From positions 960,001 through 1,024,000 of the forward strand of contig CAWDSK010000005.1 of assembly GCA_963804995.1 (NCBI GenBank): a stretch of 64,000 bases of DNA, in the 5' to 3' direction. The translations under genes were made by a program, and so were the position numbers. The stretch is from an uncultured Acidobacteriota bacterium. Its GTDB lineage: Bacteria; Acidobacteriota; Terriglobia; UBA7540. Each line of letters starts with the position of its first letter. Position 1 is the stretch's first letter. The notes beneath the pieces are model-generated. The model saw nothing but the letters and a program-made list of their open reading frames with translations, ran no database searches and was not told where the DNA came from. Of this stretch, positions 53,439 to 63,790 are shown in pieces.

Positions 53439-53606
53439 CAGGCTGCGGAAAAACTCCGCAAACTGTCATCCTGAGGAGGCGAAGCCGAGGAAGGACCTCT
53501 GTATTTGCTTGAAAGTTCAAATACAGGGGTCGTTTACCCTGAGCGAAATACCGAGGTCCTTCGCTGCGCTCAGGATGACAGCATTGGAGCGTTTTTCCGC
53601 AGCCTG
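53439..53606. mobile_element. MITE with CAGGCTGCGGAAAAAC termini and an internal GTCATCCTGAG palindrome
   Basis: IRs at 53439-53454 and 53591-53606; sits in the middle of a GC-rich hairpin. Confidence 0.7.
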
Positions 53607-53792
53607 TGAAGCGCCGCCCTTCCCATGGGTGTAAACACACAATACTTCTTCCTCCTCACTTCAAGTGTGGTGTAGACTCTCCCCGCGATTCGTGCCAAAG
53701 ACTGTGCTGCTCACTCGTAAGGGATTCAGCCGCGGGCCGCCCTAATTGCGTACGGGGGAAGAGAGGCGGCGCACGGCAGGAAGGGTCCGAAC

Positions 53793-55202
53793 ATGAAAAA
53801 GTTGAATCGACGGGATTTCATGGGTGTCTGGCCGGCGCTCGGGGCGGTCTCCTTGCTGGCCGCTCCTTCGCTGGGGATGTCAGCAGAGGATACGAAAGGA
53901 TTAGCGCCGGCCCCAGGGGGGCTCCGGGCCGCGGCGTTTTCGTGTGATGTCACGCCTCCCGTGGGTAGTCCGCTTGAAGAATGTGATCCGCCTATTGCGA
54001 CGAGCGTGGACCTTCCCCTGCTCGCGAAAGGCGTGGTCCTGTCGGACGGCAGAACGCGCTATGTTCTGTGCGCGTTCGATTATTGTGAGTTGCGCACCGG
54101 CGCCCATGACCTGTTTCGCAGAAAGATTGCCAACGCTGCCCGCGTCAACGAACTTCACGTCGCCGCGCATTGCGTTCATCAGCATGACGCGCCGCTCTAT
54201 GATGTCGATGCCGAAAAGATAATGGAACTGACGGAGTCGCCCCCGCACGTTTGCGACTTGCCGTTCCTGGAAGTGGCCTCGGACCGCGTGGCCGCAGCCG
54301 TCCGCGCTGCTTGTGAGAAACTCCAGCCGCTGACGCACGTCGGCTATGGCACGGCGAAGGTGGAGAAGTTCGCTTCCAACCGGCGCGTCCCCATGCCGGA
54401 TGGCACAATTGGCGTGCGTTACACTTCCTGCACCGATCCGGTCTTGATTGCCGCGCCGGAGGGGCTGATCGACCCGTGGGTGCGCACGGTGACGCTCTTT
54501 AACGACGAGCATCCCCTGGCGCGGCTGCACTACTACGCCTCTCACCCGCAGAGCTACTACGGCAAGGGGCATATGAATCCGGACATGCCTGGCCTGGCGC
54601 GTGAGCGTCTGGAAAAGGAGGAGGGCATTCCCCAAATCTATTTCACGGGGTGCGGGGGCAATGTGGGAGCGGGGAAGTATAACAACGGTTCGCCCGAGGC
54701 TCGCGTGGAAATCGCGGGGCGCCTCTACACGGGCATGAAAGAATCCGTTGCTTCCACCCAAAAGGCTGCCGTTTCAGAAATCTCCTGGAAGACCAACGAG
54801 GTCAAGTTTGCCCTGCGCCCGGAGCCGGAATTCTCCGAAGCCTATTTCCGCAAAGTCCTGGCCGATTCAAGCAAGCCCTACCATGACCGCAGCCGAGCCG
54901 TTATAGCGCTGGCCTGGTACGAGCGCCTCAAGGTGCGGCCGGCCGTTGACTTGACGTATTATCGCCTCGGCCCCGTCCACATCCTGCACTTGCCGGGCGA
55001 GTCTTTTGTGCAATATCAACTGTACGCGCAAAGTATTCATCCGGATGAATTCCTCGCGGTCGCCGCTTACGGAGAGCTCGGTACAGGTTACATTTGCACG
55101 GACAACGCTGCCAAAGAGGGTGGGTACGAGCCTACCAATTCCTTCGTCGGCCCTCCCAGTGAGGTCCGCTTGAAGGCGGCCATTCGTGAGCTGTTGACGT
55201 AG
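53793..55202 (+). CDS. Tat-exported neutral-ceramidase-like hypothetical hydrolase
   Basis: NRRDF; DVTPP, HQHDAP, YASHP, G..GN, LPGE. Confidence 0.75.
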   Translation: MKKLNRRDFMGVWPALGAVSLLAAPSLGMSAEDTKGLAPAPGGLRAAAFSCDVTPPVGSPLEECDPPIATSVDLPLLAKGVVLSDGRTRYVLCAFDYCELRTGAHDLFRRKIANAARVNELHVAAHCVHQHDAPLYDVDAEKIMELTESPPHVCDLPFLEVASDRVAAAVRAACEKLQPLTHVGYGTAKVEKFASNRRVPMPDGTIGVRYTSCTDPVLIAAPEGLIDPWVRTVTLFNDEHPLARLHYYASHPQSYYGKGHMNPDMPGLARERLEKEEGIPQIYFTGCGGNVGAGKYNNGSPEARVEIAGRLYTGMKESVASTQKAAVSEISWKTNEVKFALRPEPEFSEAYFRKVLADSSKPYHDRSRAVIALAWYERLKVRPAVDLTYYRLGPVHILHLPGESFVQYQLYAQSIHPDEFLAVAAYGELGTGYICTDNAAKEGGYEPTNSFVGPPSEVRLKAAIRELLT

Positions 55203-55265
55203 CTTCTGACCTCAGGCCACGAGTCCAAACGGCTCGTGGCCTGAGGGAATTCCTCAGGAGGAATC

Positions 55266-56273
55266 ATGCACGGCCACTTGCATCGCATCGGAACAAGGTT
55301 CTGCGTCCTGATACTAATGGCATGGGTATTGCCGCTGGCCTGTTTTCCGCAGTCGGATGACAATCACCCGATTCGGGTCGGCATCATCGGGTTGGATACC
55401 TCCCACGCCACCGAATTCACAAGAATCTTCAACAATCCTGCCGACCCCGAGCACGTTCCGGGTATCCGGGTGGTGGCCGCGTACAAAGGCGGCAGCCCCG
55501 ACGTTGACGCCAGCCGGAATCGCGTTGACAAGTTCACCGCAGAATTGCGTGACAAATACAAGATTAAAATTGTCGATGACATTCCCACCCTTTGCGGAAT
55601 GGTGGACGCTATTCTGCTCGAAAGCGTGGATGGCCGCCGGCATCTGGAACAAGTCAAGCCGGTGATCGCCGCGCACAAGCCCGTTTTCATCGATAAGCCC
55701 ATGGCGGCCAGCTACAAGGATGTGAAAGAAATCATCCGCCTGGCGAAGGAAGCCGGCGTGCCTTGGTTCACTTCTTCCGACCTGCGATTCTGGGAAGAGA
55801 CCAAGCGGCTGAAGAATCCCGCCGGGGTGGGACGTATCCTGAGCTACGAGGTTTACGGTCCCTCTCCTACTGAGCCTCACCACCCGGACCTGATGTGGTA
55901 CGGTATCCACGCCGTTGAGATGCTGTTCACGCTTATGGGGCCGGGCTGCGAATCCGTCAGCCGGTCGGGGAACAAGGATCAAGACGTCATCGTCGGACGG
56001 TGGAAAGACGGCCGCTTGGGAGTGATGCGAGGCTTCCGGGAGGGAATGGACGATTACGGGATCATGGTGTTTGGTGACAAACAGGTGGCGCACTCCGAAC
56101 CCCGGCCGGATACTTATGGACCGCTGCTCGTGGAAATCGTGAAGTTCTTCCAGACTCGCGTATCGCCCGTTCCGAGCGATGAGACCCTGGAAATATTTGC
56201 CTTCATGGAAGCAGCCGATGTCAGCAAGGCACATGGGGGCGCCGCCGTGCCGCTTAGCCAGATCGGGAAGTGA
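55266..56273 (+). CDS. Gfo/Idh/MocA oxidoreductase
   Basis: GIIGLDTSH, FIDKP, WYGIH. Confidence 0.9.
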   Translation: MHGHLHRIGTRFCVLILMAWVLPLACFPQSDDNHPIRVGIIGLDTSHATEFTRIFNNPADPEHVPGIRVVAAYKGGSPDVDASRNRVDKFTAELRDKYKIKIVDDIPTLCGMVDAILLESVDGRRHLEQVKPVIAAHKPVFIDKPMAASYKDVKEIIRLAKEAGVPWFTSSDLRFWEETKRLKNPAGVGRILSYEVYGPSPTEPHHPDLMWYGIHAVEMLFTLMGPGCESVSRSGNKDQDVIVGRWKDGRLGVMRGFREGMDDYGIMVFGDKQVAHSEPRPDTYGPLLVEIVKFFQTRVSPVPSDETLEIFAFMEAADVSKAHGGAAVPLSQIGK

Positions 56274-56370
56274 ATTCACTGTGGCCGCCAAGGGAGTGGC
56301 ATCGCCGCGTAAATGCCGCATGAATGCCCACGGCTGATGGCCGTGCCGCGCGGCTAGTGGGAGTGAACCA

Positions 56371-58476
56371 ATGCGTAAATCCGACTCGCTCTTTCGAACC
56401 ACCGCCTTTCGTCTTTTCATCATCATTCTTTCCGTCCTGTCCATGGCCGCGATTTCCGCCGCACAGCAGGGTCAGTTCCCTGAGGAATATGCCAAGTCAG
56501 TGCTGGGCGCGCACCAATTTCGCCAGGTCGCCATGTCGCCGGACGGCACGCGCCTCGCTTGGGTCGAAAGATTGCAGGATGGGAAAGGGGCCCCCACAAG
56601 TCACACCGCAATATGGGTCGCGAGCACCGCCGCGTCCACTTCGATTCGCCGCATTACCGCTTGTGGCACGGGCATCCTGCCCGTGAAGGGTCATGGCCAG
56701 GACCCCGATGCATCGGGGCAGGTCGGCCATGCCACGCTTGCCTGCGCTGAGAACAGTCCCGCCTGGTCTCCTGACAGCCAGCAGATTGCCTTCCTTTCGG
56801 ATGCTGCCGGGGCGGGCCAACTTCAACTCTACGTGGCGAACGCGAGTGATGGCAGTCCGCGCCAGGTCACCCACACCAAGGGTTTTCTTGCCGACCCGCA
56901 TTGGTCGCCGGACGGGAAGACGGTTGCAGTTTTGTTGACGGAAAGCTCTGCCCACGCGGTGGGGCCCATGGAGCCGAAGGCTTCGCCCCTTGGTGCTGTA
57001 AGTGAGAAGGTCGACGAGCAGCGACTGGCCACCGTCGATGTAAAGTCTGGAGCCCTCAAGCTGCTGTCTCCCCCGGATCTCTACATATACGAATATGACT
57101 GGTCTCCTGATGGCAAGCGCCTGGCTGCCACCGCGGCGCACGGTTCCGGAGACAACAACTGGTACATCGCCCAACTCTACACGATTGACGCCGGCACGGG
57201 TGACGCCACATCCATTTACCGGCCACCCCTGCAGATTGCTGTGCCCCGCTGGTCCCCGGATGGCGGCAGCATCGCTTTCATCATGGGCTTGATGAGTGAC
57301 GAAGGCGTCACCGGCGGGGATGTGTTCGTAATCCCGGCAGCGGGCGGTGAACCGAGGAACCTTACCCCCAACGTCAGGGCATCGGCCGTGTGGCTGGCGT
57401 GGATGCCTTCGCTACTGCTGGTCGGCGAAGTCCAGGATGGTTTGAGCGCTCTCACCACCTTGGACACCGAAAGCGGAAACCGTCAGACGCTGGTGATTGC
57501 CCCGGAAGATATTACCAACGGCCTGTGGGGCACGAGTTTTTCGCTGGCAAAGGACGGCCGCAACATCGGCGTCATTCGGCATTCCTTCCAAAATCCGCCG
57601 GAGGTCTGGGCGGGCCCTATCGGGAATTGGCGGCAAGTGACGCACGCCAATCAAAACATAAAACCGCAGTGGGGCGAATCTAAAAGCATCCACTGGGATA
57701 ACGATGGGATGCAGATCCAAGGCTGGCTCATTTATCCACTGAACTACGATCCCACCAAGAAGTACCCGCTGGCGGTTTGGGTCCACGGCGGCCCCGGTAG
57801 ATCTCTGCTTTCGCATTGGCCGGCTTGGGACAACGTGACGGCGAACGTGATGGGCCTTCCGGCGCGCGGGTATTTCGTGTTCTTTCCCAATGTGCGCGGC
57901 AGCTTCGGACTGGGTGAGAAGTTCCAGGCCGCGAATGTGAAGGATTTCGGCTACGGAGATTTTCGCGATTTGGTCACGGGAGTGGATGAAGTCGAAAAAT
58001 CCGTGCCCGTTGATGATCAGCGCGTGGGTTTGGCGGGCTGGAGCTACGGCGGATACATGAGCATGTGGGCCGTTACCCAAACCCATCGCTTCCACGCTGT
58101 CATGGCGGGAGCCGGCATTACCAATTGGCAAAGTTACTATGGCGAAAATCAGATCGACGAATGGCTCATTCCTTACTTTGGCGCGTCGGTCTATGAAGAC
58201 CCGGCGGTTTACTCCCGCAGTGCGCCCATCAATTTCATTCAGAACGTCAAGACGCCTACCCTGGTCATGGTGGGCGAGCTGGACGGTGAGTGTCCTGTAG
58301 CGCAGTCGCTCGAGTTTTGGCGCGCCCTCAAGACGCTTGGCGTCGAGACTCAGCTTGTGGTGTATCCCGGCGAGGGACACGCCATCGCGCAACAGGAACA
58401 CCGGCGCGACATCATCACCCGCGTGGCCGATTGGTTCGACCGCTATCTGAAGCCCGTGGCCACCGCTGCGCCCTAG
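56371..58476 (+). CDS. S9 family peptidase with an in-frame REP insertion
   Basis: WSPD propeller repeats, HGGP, GWSYGG, D.EC, GEGH. Confidence 0.93.
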   Translation: MRKSDSLFRTTAFRLFIIILSVLSMAAISAAQQGQFPEEYAKSVLGAHQFRQVAMSPDGTRLAWVERLQDGKGAPTSHTAIWVASTAASTSIRRITACGTGILPVKGHGQDPDASGQVGHATLACAENSPAWSPDSQQIAFLSDAAGAGQLQLYVANASDGSPRQVTHTKGFLADPHWSPDGKTVAVLLTESSAHAVGPMEPKASPLGAVSEKVDEQRLATVDVKSGALKLLSPPDLYIYEYDWSPDGKRLAATAAHGSGDNNWYIAQLYTIDAGTGDATSIYRPPLQIAVPRWSPDGGSIAFIMGLMSDEGVTGGDVFVIPAAGGEPRNLTPNVRASAVWLAWMPSLLLVGEVQDGLSALTTLDTESGNRQTLVIAPEDITNGLWGTSFSLAKDGRNIGVIRHSFQNPPEVWAGPIGNWRQVTHANQNIKPQWGESKSIHWDNDGMQIQGWLIYPLNYDPTKKYPLAVWVHGGPGRSLLSHWPAWDNVTANVMGLPARGYFVFFPNVRGSFGLGEKFQAANVKDFGYGDFRDLVTGVDEVEKSVPVDDQRVGLAGWSYGGYMSMWAVTQTHRFHAVMAGAGITNWQSYYGENQIDEWLIPYFGASVYEDPAVYSRSAPINFIQNVKTPTLVMVGELDGECPVAQSLEFWRALKTLGVETQLVVYPGEGHAIAQQEHRRDIITRVADWFDRYLKPVATAAP

Positions 58477-58584
58477 TTTGCAACCGCGCTCCAGGGTTGA
58501 CGAACACTATCCTCAGGAAGTCCATGCCGATCACTCATGGGTAGTCATTCCTTCGTTTCCCATCATGCCGGAAAGGAGAATCAT

Positions 58585-60783
58585 ATGAGACAGCGCTTCG
58601 CAGGCTTGCTGATTGCACTTTTGCTCTCGACGGCTGGCGCGTGGGCCGGCCAACGTGTCTACGAGGTTGGAGCCGTTTATGTTTACTACGCTTGGACGAG
58701 TGATGCGCAGATCGTACGCGATTTGGAAACCATCGCCTCGACCGGCATCAAGGCCATCAATCCTTATCCGCCTTTTCTCCTGACCCCCGGACACCCAGAG
58801 CCTGACTTCTCCAAGGCGGATGTGGTGCAAAAGACCGCGCAACGCTTGGGCCTGCGCGTGATGCCCACACCTTTCTGGATTGATATGCTACCGGACATGG
58901 CGGCGGCGAAGTGGCCCGAGCGCGCGCCCTCGCCAATCATCGACAACCCGGCGCGCGAGGCCAAACTTTCCCTTGCCAACCCGGAGGTCCTGGCGCTGGC
59001 CGACTACTACGTGGCAGCCACCGTCCGGCACCTCAAGGACGACCCCACTCTGGTTGCCTGGAATGTTTGGGACGAAGCGAATTTCGGAACCTCCATGAAC
59101 GATCCTCACGCCGACCAGTGGTTTGAAGAATGGGGGATGAAGAAGTACGGAAGCACTGACGCCTGGTACGCGCAGTGGAATGATATGCACTTCAATTACG
59201 AGTACCACAAGATGGACCGCATCCAGTTCCAGTGGGATTCGGTTGCCCGCGTCGTCGAGCACTTTGCGGAACTGGTGAAGTCGATCGACCCCGTGCACCC
59301 CACCGGCACGCATAGCGTGGGCAGCATGGTGGTCAAGCCGGAAGTCAGCTCGAATGATGACTGGACTACGGCGAAGGTCGTCGATGAATATGGGCTGTCC
59401 TATTATCCCGATATTCCCGCGCGCGAGTCGGAAGATCAACCGCAGAAAATGGAGAAAGAGAAAGCTCTTTGGGATACGCCATGGACGACCAGCCTGGGGC
59501 TGACCGCCGCCCACGATGCCACGGGGGGCAAGCCTTTCGTGCTGATGGAAGTGCAGACGGGTCCGCAAACTGGGTTCACACGGTATGGCTACGAGCCGGG
59601 GACCATCTTTAACTATGACCGGATTCATCTCTTGACATGGCAATCCGTCGCGCATGATTCCAAGGCGATTTATTTCTGGCAATGGCTCCCGCACCTCGAC
59701 GACTGGCAGGCGTTCGGCCGCGGGCTCGCCGCCTCTGACGGCAGCGTCACGGGGCGCGCGGTGGCTGCGGGGGACGCTTCGCGAATTCTGAATTCTGACC
59801 CCGACCTTTTTCTCGACAGCAAGCCGGTGCCGGCGCAGGTTGCCGTTGTCTACGATGTGATGGGCGATCTGAAGGCCAAAGTGCACGGGGAGGATTGGGG
59901 CTCATTCACGGCCAGAAATCTGATTGGAATCTATCGTGCCTTGTGGAGAGACCAGGTGCGCATCAACGTTCTCAACGCGCGGCAGGTGACGGCTGCGAGC
60001 CTGAAGCCTTACAAGTTGGTCATCTTCCCCTTCTACCTTTGCATGCGCAGCAATGTTGCTGAGGCAGTGGAGAACTATGTGGCGAGCGGCGGTACGGTGC
60101 TGGCAGACGCGCGCTTCGGCATCAGCGACGAACATGACCGAGGGTACCCTGTGAATCCTGGCCTCGGCATGGCCAAGCTCTTCGGGGCGCGCCGGCATGA
60201 CTTGGTGGCGAGCCACAGCCCGTCCCCCATCCGCCTATCGGAAGCGGCTGGTGTGCTGAAGGGCGTCACGCTGCCCGGCCACATGATGGGCGGCGTCTTT
60301 CGCGAGGAGTTGCAGCTTGAGAAAGGCAGCGAGGGGAAAGTCGTGGGCGTCTTCGAAGCAACAGGAACGCCCACGGTGGTCGTTCGGCAAACGGGCAAAG
60401 GGCAAACCGTTCTTCTGGGATTCTCGCTGGGCATTCCGTTACTTGAGAACAATGATCCCGGCGCGGCGGGCTTGCTGCGGGCGGTTGTGAAGTCTGCCGG
60501 GGTCGAGCCCGCGATCCGGGTTACAACGGCGCCCGTTGCCGGACCGGTCGAAGGCGTGGTCCACTCGCGAGGCCGTGCGGATGAGCGGCTGATCTACCTG
60601 CTGAATTGGGGGCATCGCCAGACGCAGGTGACGGCGGAAGTTCCCTGGCCGGGAGAGGTGGTACTGCGCGGGAAGGATTTCGTGTCGGGGCGCAAGGTCG
60701 AGATCCAGCACAAGGAGAATCGCGCCGTGTTCACCCTGACCCTGCCTGCGGATCACGCTGCCGCCGTCCAGATTCGACCGTGA
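58585..60783 (+). CDS. GH42-like beta-galactosidase with trimerisation domain
   Basis: Signal peptide; WNVWDE, LME, yvasGG.V.AD. Confidence 0.8.
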   Translation: MRQRFAGLLIALLLSTAGAWAGQRVYEVGAVYVYYAWTSDAQIVRDLETIASTGIKAINPYPPFLLTPGHPEPDFSKADVVQKTAQRLGLRVMPTPFWIDMLPDMAAAKWPERAPSPIIDNPAREAKLSLANPEVLALADYYVAATVRHLKDDPTLVAWNVWDEANFGTSMNDPHADQWFEEWGMKKYGSTDAWYAQWNDMHFNYEYHKMDRIQFQWDSVARVVEHFAELVKSIDPVHPTGTHSVGSMVVKPEVSSNDDWTTAKVVDEYGLSYYPDIPARESEDQPQKMEKEKALWDTPWTTSLGLTAAHDATGGKPFVLMEVQTGPQTGFTRYGYEPGTIFNYDRIHLLTWQSVAHDSKAIYFWQWLPHLDDWQAFGRGLAASDGSVTGRAVAAGDASRILNSDPDLFLDSKPVPAQVAVVYDVMGDLKAKVHGEDWGSFTARNLIGIYRALWRDQVRINVLNARQVTAASLKPYKLVIFPFYLCMRSNVAEAVENYVASGGTVLADARFGISDEHDRGYPVNPGLGMAKLFGARRHDLVASHSPSPIRLSEAAGVLKGVTLPGHMMGGVFREELQLEKGSEGKVVGVFEATGTPTVVVRQTGKGQTVLLGFSLGIPLLENNDPGAAGLLRAVVKSAGVEPAIRVTTAPVAGPVEGVVHSRGRADERLIYLLNWGHRQTQVTAEVPWPGEVVLRGKDFVSGRKVEIQHKENRAVFTLTLPADHAAAVQIRP

Positions 60784-61271
60784 TCATCCTGGCCGGTAGA
60801 ATAGCGCGGCGGAACTACTGATCAAAAGCCATAGGAAAAAAACGCATGAAGGTGGGAAAGTTAGTGGGACCTCGCGCGCTATGCCCCGCGGAAAGCAACA
60901 TGTGGGACATGTCCCAGGTTGACAAAAAGTCGTACACCCGCAAAAGTGACATCGGAGAACACGCGTCGCCGAGTGCCACCTCCGCACCTCGCGCCCGGCC
61001 CGACGTACAGATTTCCAGTCTCCGGATCCAAGGCCAACTCCATTCAGAACCGCGACAATTCAACCCCGAATTCTTGACTTCGATAGGATTCAGTGACAAT
61101 GTGCTGTTTTCTGATGGGGCATTTGCGCCTGGCGAGTGGATTTCTTAAGACGCCGAACGCGTGGACGGGATGGCCGGAAGGGCGGGGTTCCCGAGAGAGG
61201 GCAGGGGGACACGTTCCGGCGCGCCTTTCCAATAGGTATTAACAAGTTTAATGATGAGAGGAGAGGTTATC

Positions 61272-62613
61272 ATGAAGAAAGCATCTTTGACTCAACGTGA
61301 ATTCCTGGAAGCGACTTCCGTGGGAGTGGCGGCAAGCGTGGTGCCCAGTGTCAGCATCGCCGGGGGCAACCCCAATGTTTTGGCCGTGCAGGGCGGCACT
61401 CCGGTGCGCAGCAAGCCATTTCCCACGTGGGCCTCAAACCAATGAAATGGATGAAAGCAATATTCTGAAAGCGCTGCGGAATCATCGCTGGTGCACTTAC
61501 GACGGAGAATTCATTCCCAAATTCGAAAAGGCCTGGGCCGAACACCAGTCTGCGCGGGGATGCGTGATGACGCCTTGCGGGACGCATGCCCTGCACATGG
61601 CGCTGGAGGTGCTGGAAATTCAGCCCGGCGATGAGGTGCTGGTGGCGCCTTTCAGCTTTATTGCGGACGTTGCCGCCATCTTGCTGTGTTACGCACTGCC
61701 GGTATTTGTGGATTCGGACCTGGCGACTTTCATGATGGACCCGGATGACATCGAGCACCGGATCACCGAGCATACGCGCGCCATCATGCCCTGTCATATC
61801 ACGGGGGCTCCTGCGGACATGGATAGAATCAATGCGATTGCCCGGAAGCATAACCTCCCCGTGGTCGAGGACGCGGCGCAGGCGCACACCACGCAATATA
61901 AGGGCAAGAAAGCCGGCACGCTGGGAACCATCGGCTGCTTCAGCTTTCAGGAGACCAAGGTCCTGCCGGGCGGTGAGGCGGGAGCGATGGTGAGCAATAA
62001 TGCGGACCTGATCGCCAAGGGATATATCTTCCGCGATTGGGGCCGTCCGCCCAAACAAGGAGAGACCTTTGTGACGCGGGGCACCAAGTACCGCATCTCT
62101 GAGTTCGCCGCCGCCATCCTGATGGCGCAGATTACGCGCTTTGAAGATATCTGCCTGATCCGGGAGAAGAACGCCGCCTACCTCAACGAAGAGTTGCGCA
62201 AGGTTCCGGGGATTATGCCGCTGGAGCTCTGCCCGGGGGCGGAACGCTCGTCGTATTACAATTATGGACTGCGTTTCAGCAAGGAGCATTTCAGCGGCAT
62301 TTCGCAGAAGAAACTGATTAAAGCCATGAGCGCGGAGGGTATTCCGGTGGATTCTTCCGGTCCAGCCCTTAACCGTGAGCCTTACCTCGAACGCCAGCTC
62401 AATTCGCGTGGTTTCCAGAGGATCTTTTCCAAAGAGCGCTTGGCCCGGTACCGGGAGCAGAACGTGCTTCCCCGTAACGACGAACTTACAGACAACCACC
62501 TGGTCATGCCCCACGAGGTGTTAATGGGGACGAAGGCCGACACGGACAGCATCGTGGAGGCTTTCGCAAAAGTTCAGAAGAATGCCGCCAAGCTGACGGG
62601 GATTGTGTCGTAG
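61272..62613 (+). CDS. DegT/DnrJ/EryC1/StrS aminotransferase with Tat-like leader (frameshift at about 61430)
   Basis: GT.AL, PGDEV, EDAAQAH, FSFQETK, GE.G. Confidence 0.88.
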
Positions 62614-62984
62614 CCGCGTCCCCAGTGCGGTGTCCCAGTTAATATCTGACAAGGTTTCCGACCCCCTCACCCCCCAGCCCCTCTCCCCCAAAGGGGCGAG
62701 GGGAGAGTTAATTCCCTTGCCCTCGCCCCTTTGGGGGAGAGGGTGGCTGGCCGAGGCGTTCTCATCAGCCGAGGCCAGACGGGTGAGGGGGTTCTACCCC
62801 TTGTCAAATCTAACTCGGGACACTAGGCCCGGAATTTTCGCCAGGGAGGAGTCTTGGTGAAAACCTCCCCCCACTCCCAGTAGCGGCGTAAACCCGTCCT
62901 GGCTTGTCCAAATTACGCTCAGAGGGGTGAGTAACGATCTGCGGCGCCGCCGCTTGTTGCCATAAAAAGCTCCCCTCCTCAGAT

Positions 62985-63083
62985 GAGGCTGTCTCAAAAC
63001 TAGGTATTTCTGACTTTTGCACAGCGTAAGTTATTGATTATTCGTCGTAAAAACCGTGAATTTGCCAGTTTTGAGACAGCCTC
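62985..63083. mobile_element. 99-bp MITE in the loop of a REP hairpin
   Basis: 17-bp IRs GAGGCTGTCTCAAAACT; AGAT duplicated at 62981-62984 and 63084-63087; target CCCCTCCTC-AGAT-GAGGAGGGG. Confidence 0.85.
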
Positions 63084-63218
63084 AGATGAGGAGGGGTGGC
63101 GCGCCGAGCCCCGATAGCGCGTTCTTTCCAAATTGATCATCGGGGCCGCGCGCCGGGGTGGTGTTGGGAGTTGCGTCAAGCCACCCGGTGGGAGGCCCCC
63201 CAACGCGCTCCGCGATTT

Positions 63219-63790
63219 GCCTCATCCTTGGCGTCGATCCTACCGATAACCGATAAGGGAAAGTGTGTCACGGCGAAGTCTGGAAATGGGGAGAGGGCGC
63301 GATCCGGTGATCGGGCCATTGAGTCATCGGGTGATTTTTTGATTTTCAAGCTTCGTGCCGACTTTAAGTTCATGTTCGTATGCCCACCGACCGATAACCG
63401 ATACGGGAAAGTGTGTCACGGCGGGGCCGGCAATTTTCGATTGCCGATTTTCGATTGGGACGTTAGTCCGGGGGACTTGTGATTGGCGATTTTCGAAGTC
63501 AGTATTTGATTCATCTTCTTACCTGACACCACCAGTGTCACGGCGGGGGCGGGGAGCGGGGTTCGGCGTTAGGGATTGGGGACTTGGGGCTGGGGACTAA
63601 CGGTGCGCTGTCGGTTGTGAGCTGTCAGCCCGAGGTAGGGTGTCAGGGCCGGGTCAGGTCGGTTGAGGGGTCAAGTTGCTCGTCACGGGCCACGCAATTG
63701 GCCTCATGTTCGGGTATCAACCCACCGATAACCGATATGGGGGAGTGTCACGGGGGGGAGAGATTCAGGGTTCGGGACTCGGGATTTGGG
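63219..63790. repeat. Non-coding array of the ACCGATAACCGAT...AGTGTGTCACGG motif with heptamer-repeat spacers
   Basis: Copies at 63242, 63390, about 63534 (partial) and 63724. Confidence 0.7.

Noticed and set aside
63219..63790. CRISPR array
   Set aside because: Repeats are degenerate, spacers exceed 100 bp and are low-complexity, and no cas genes are in the window.
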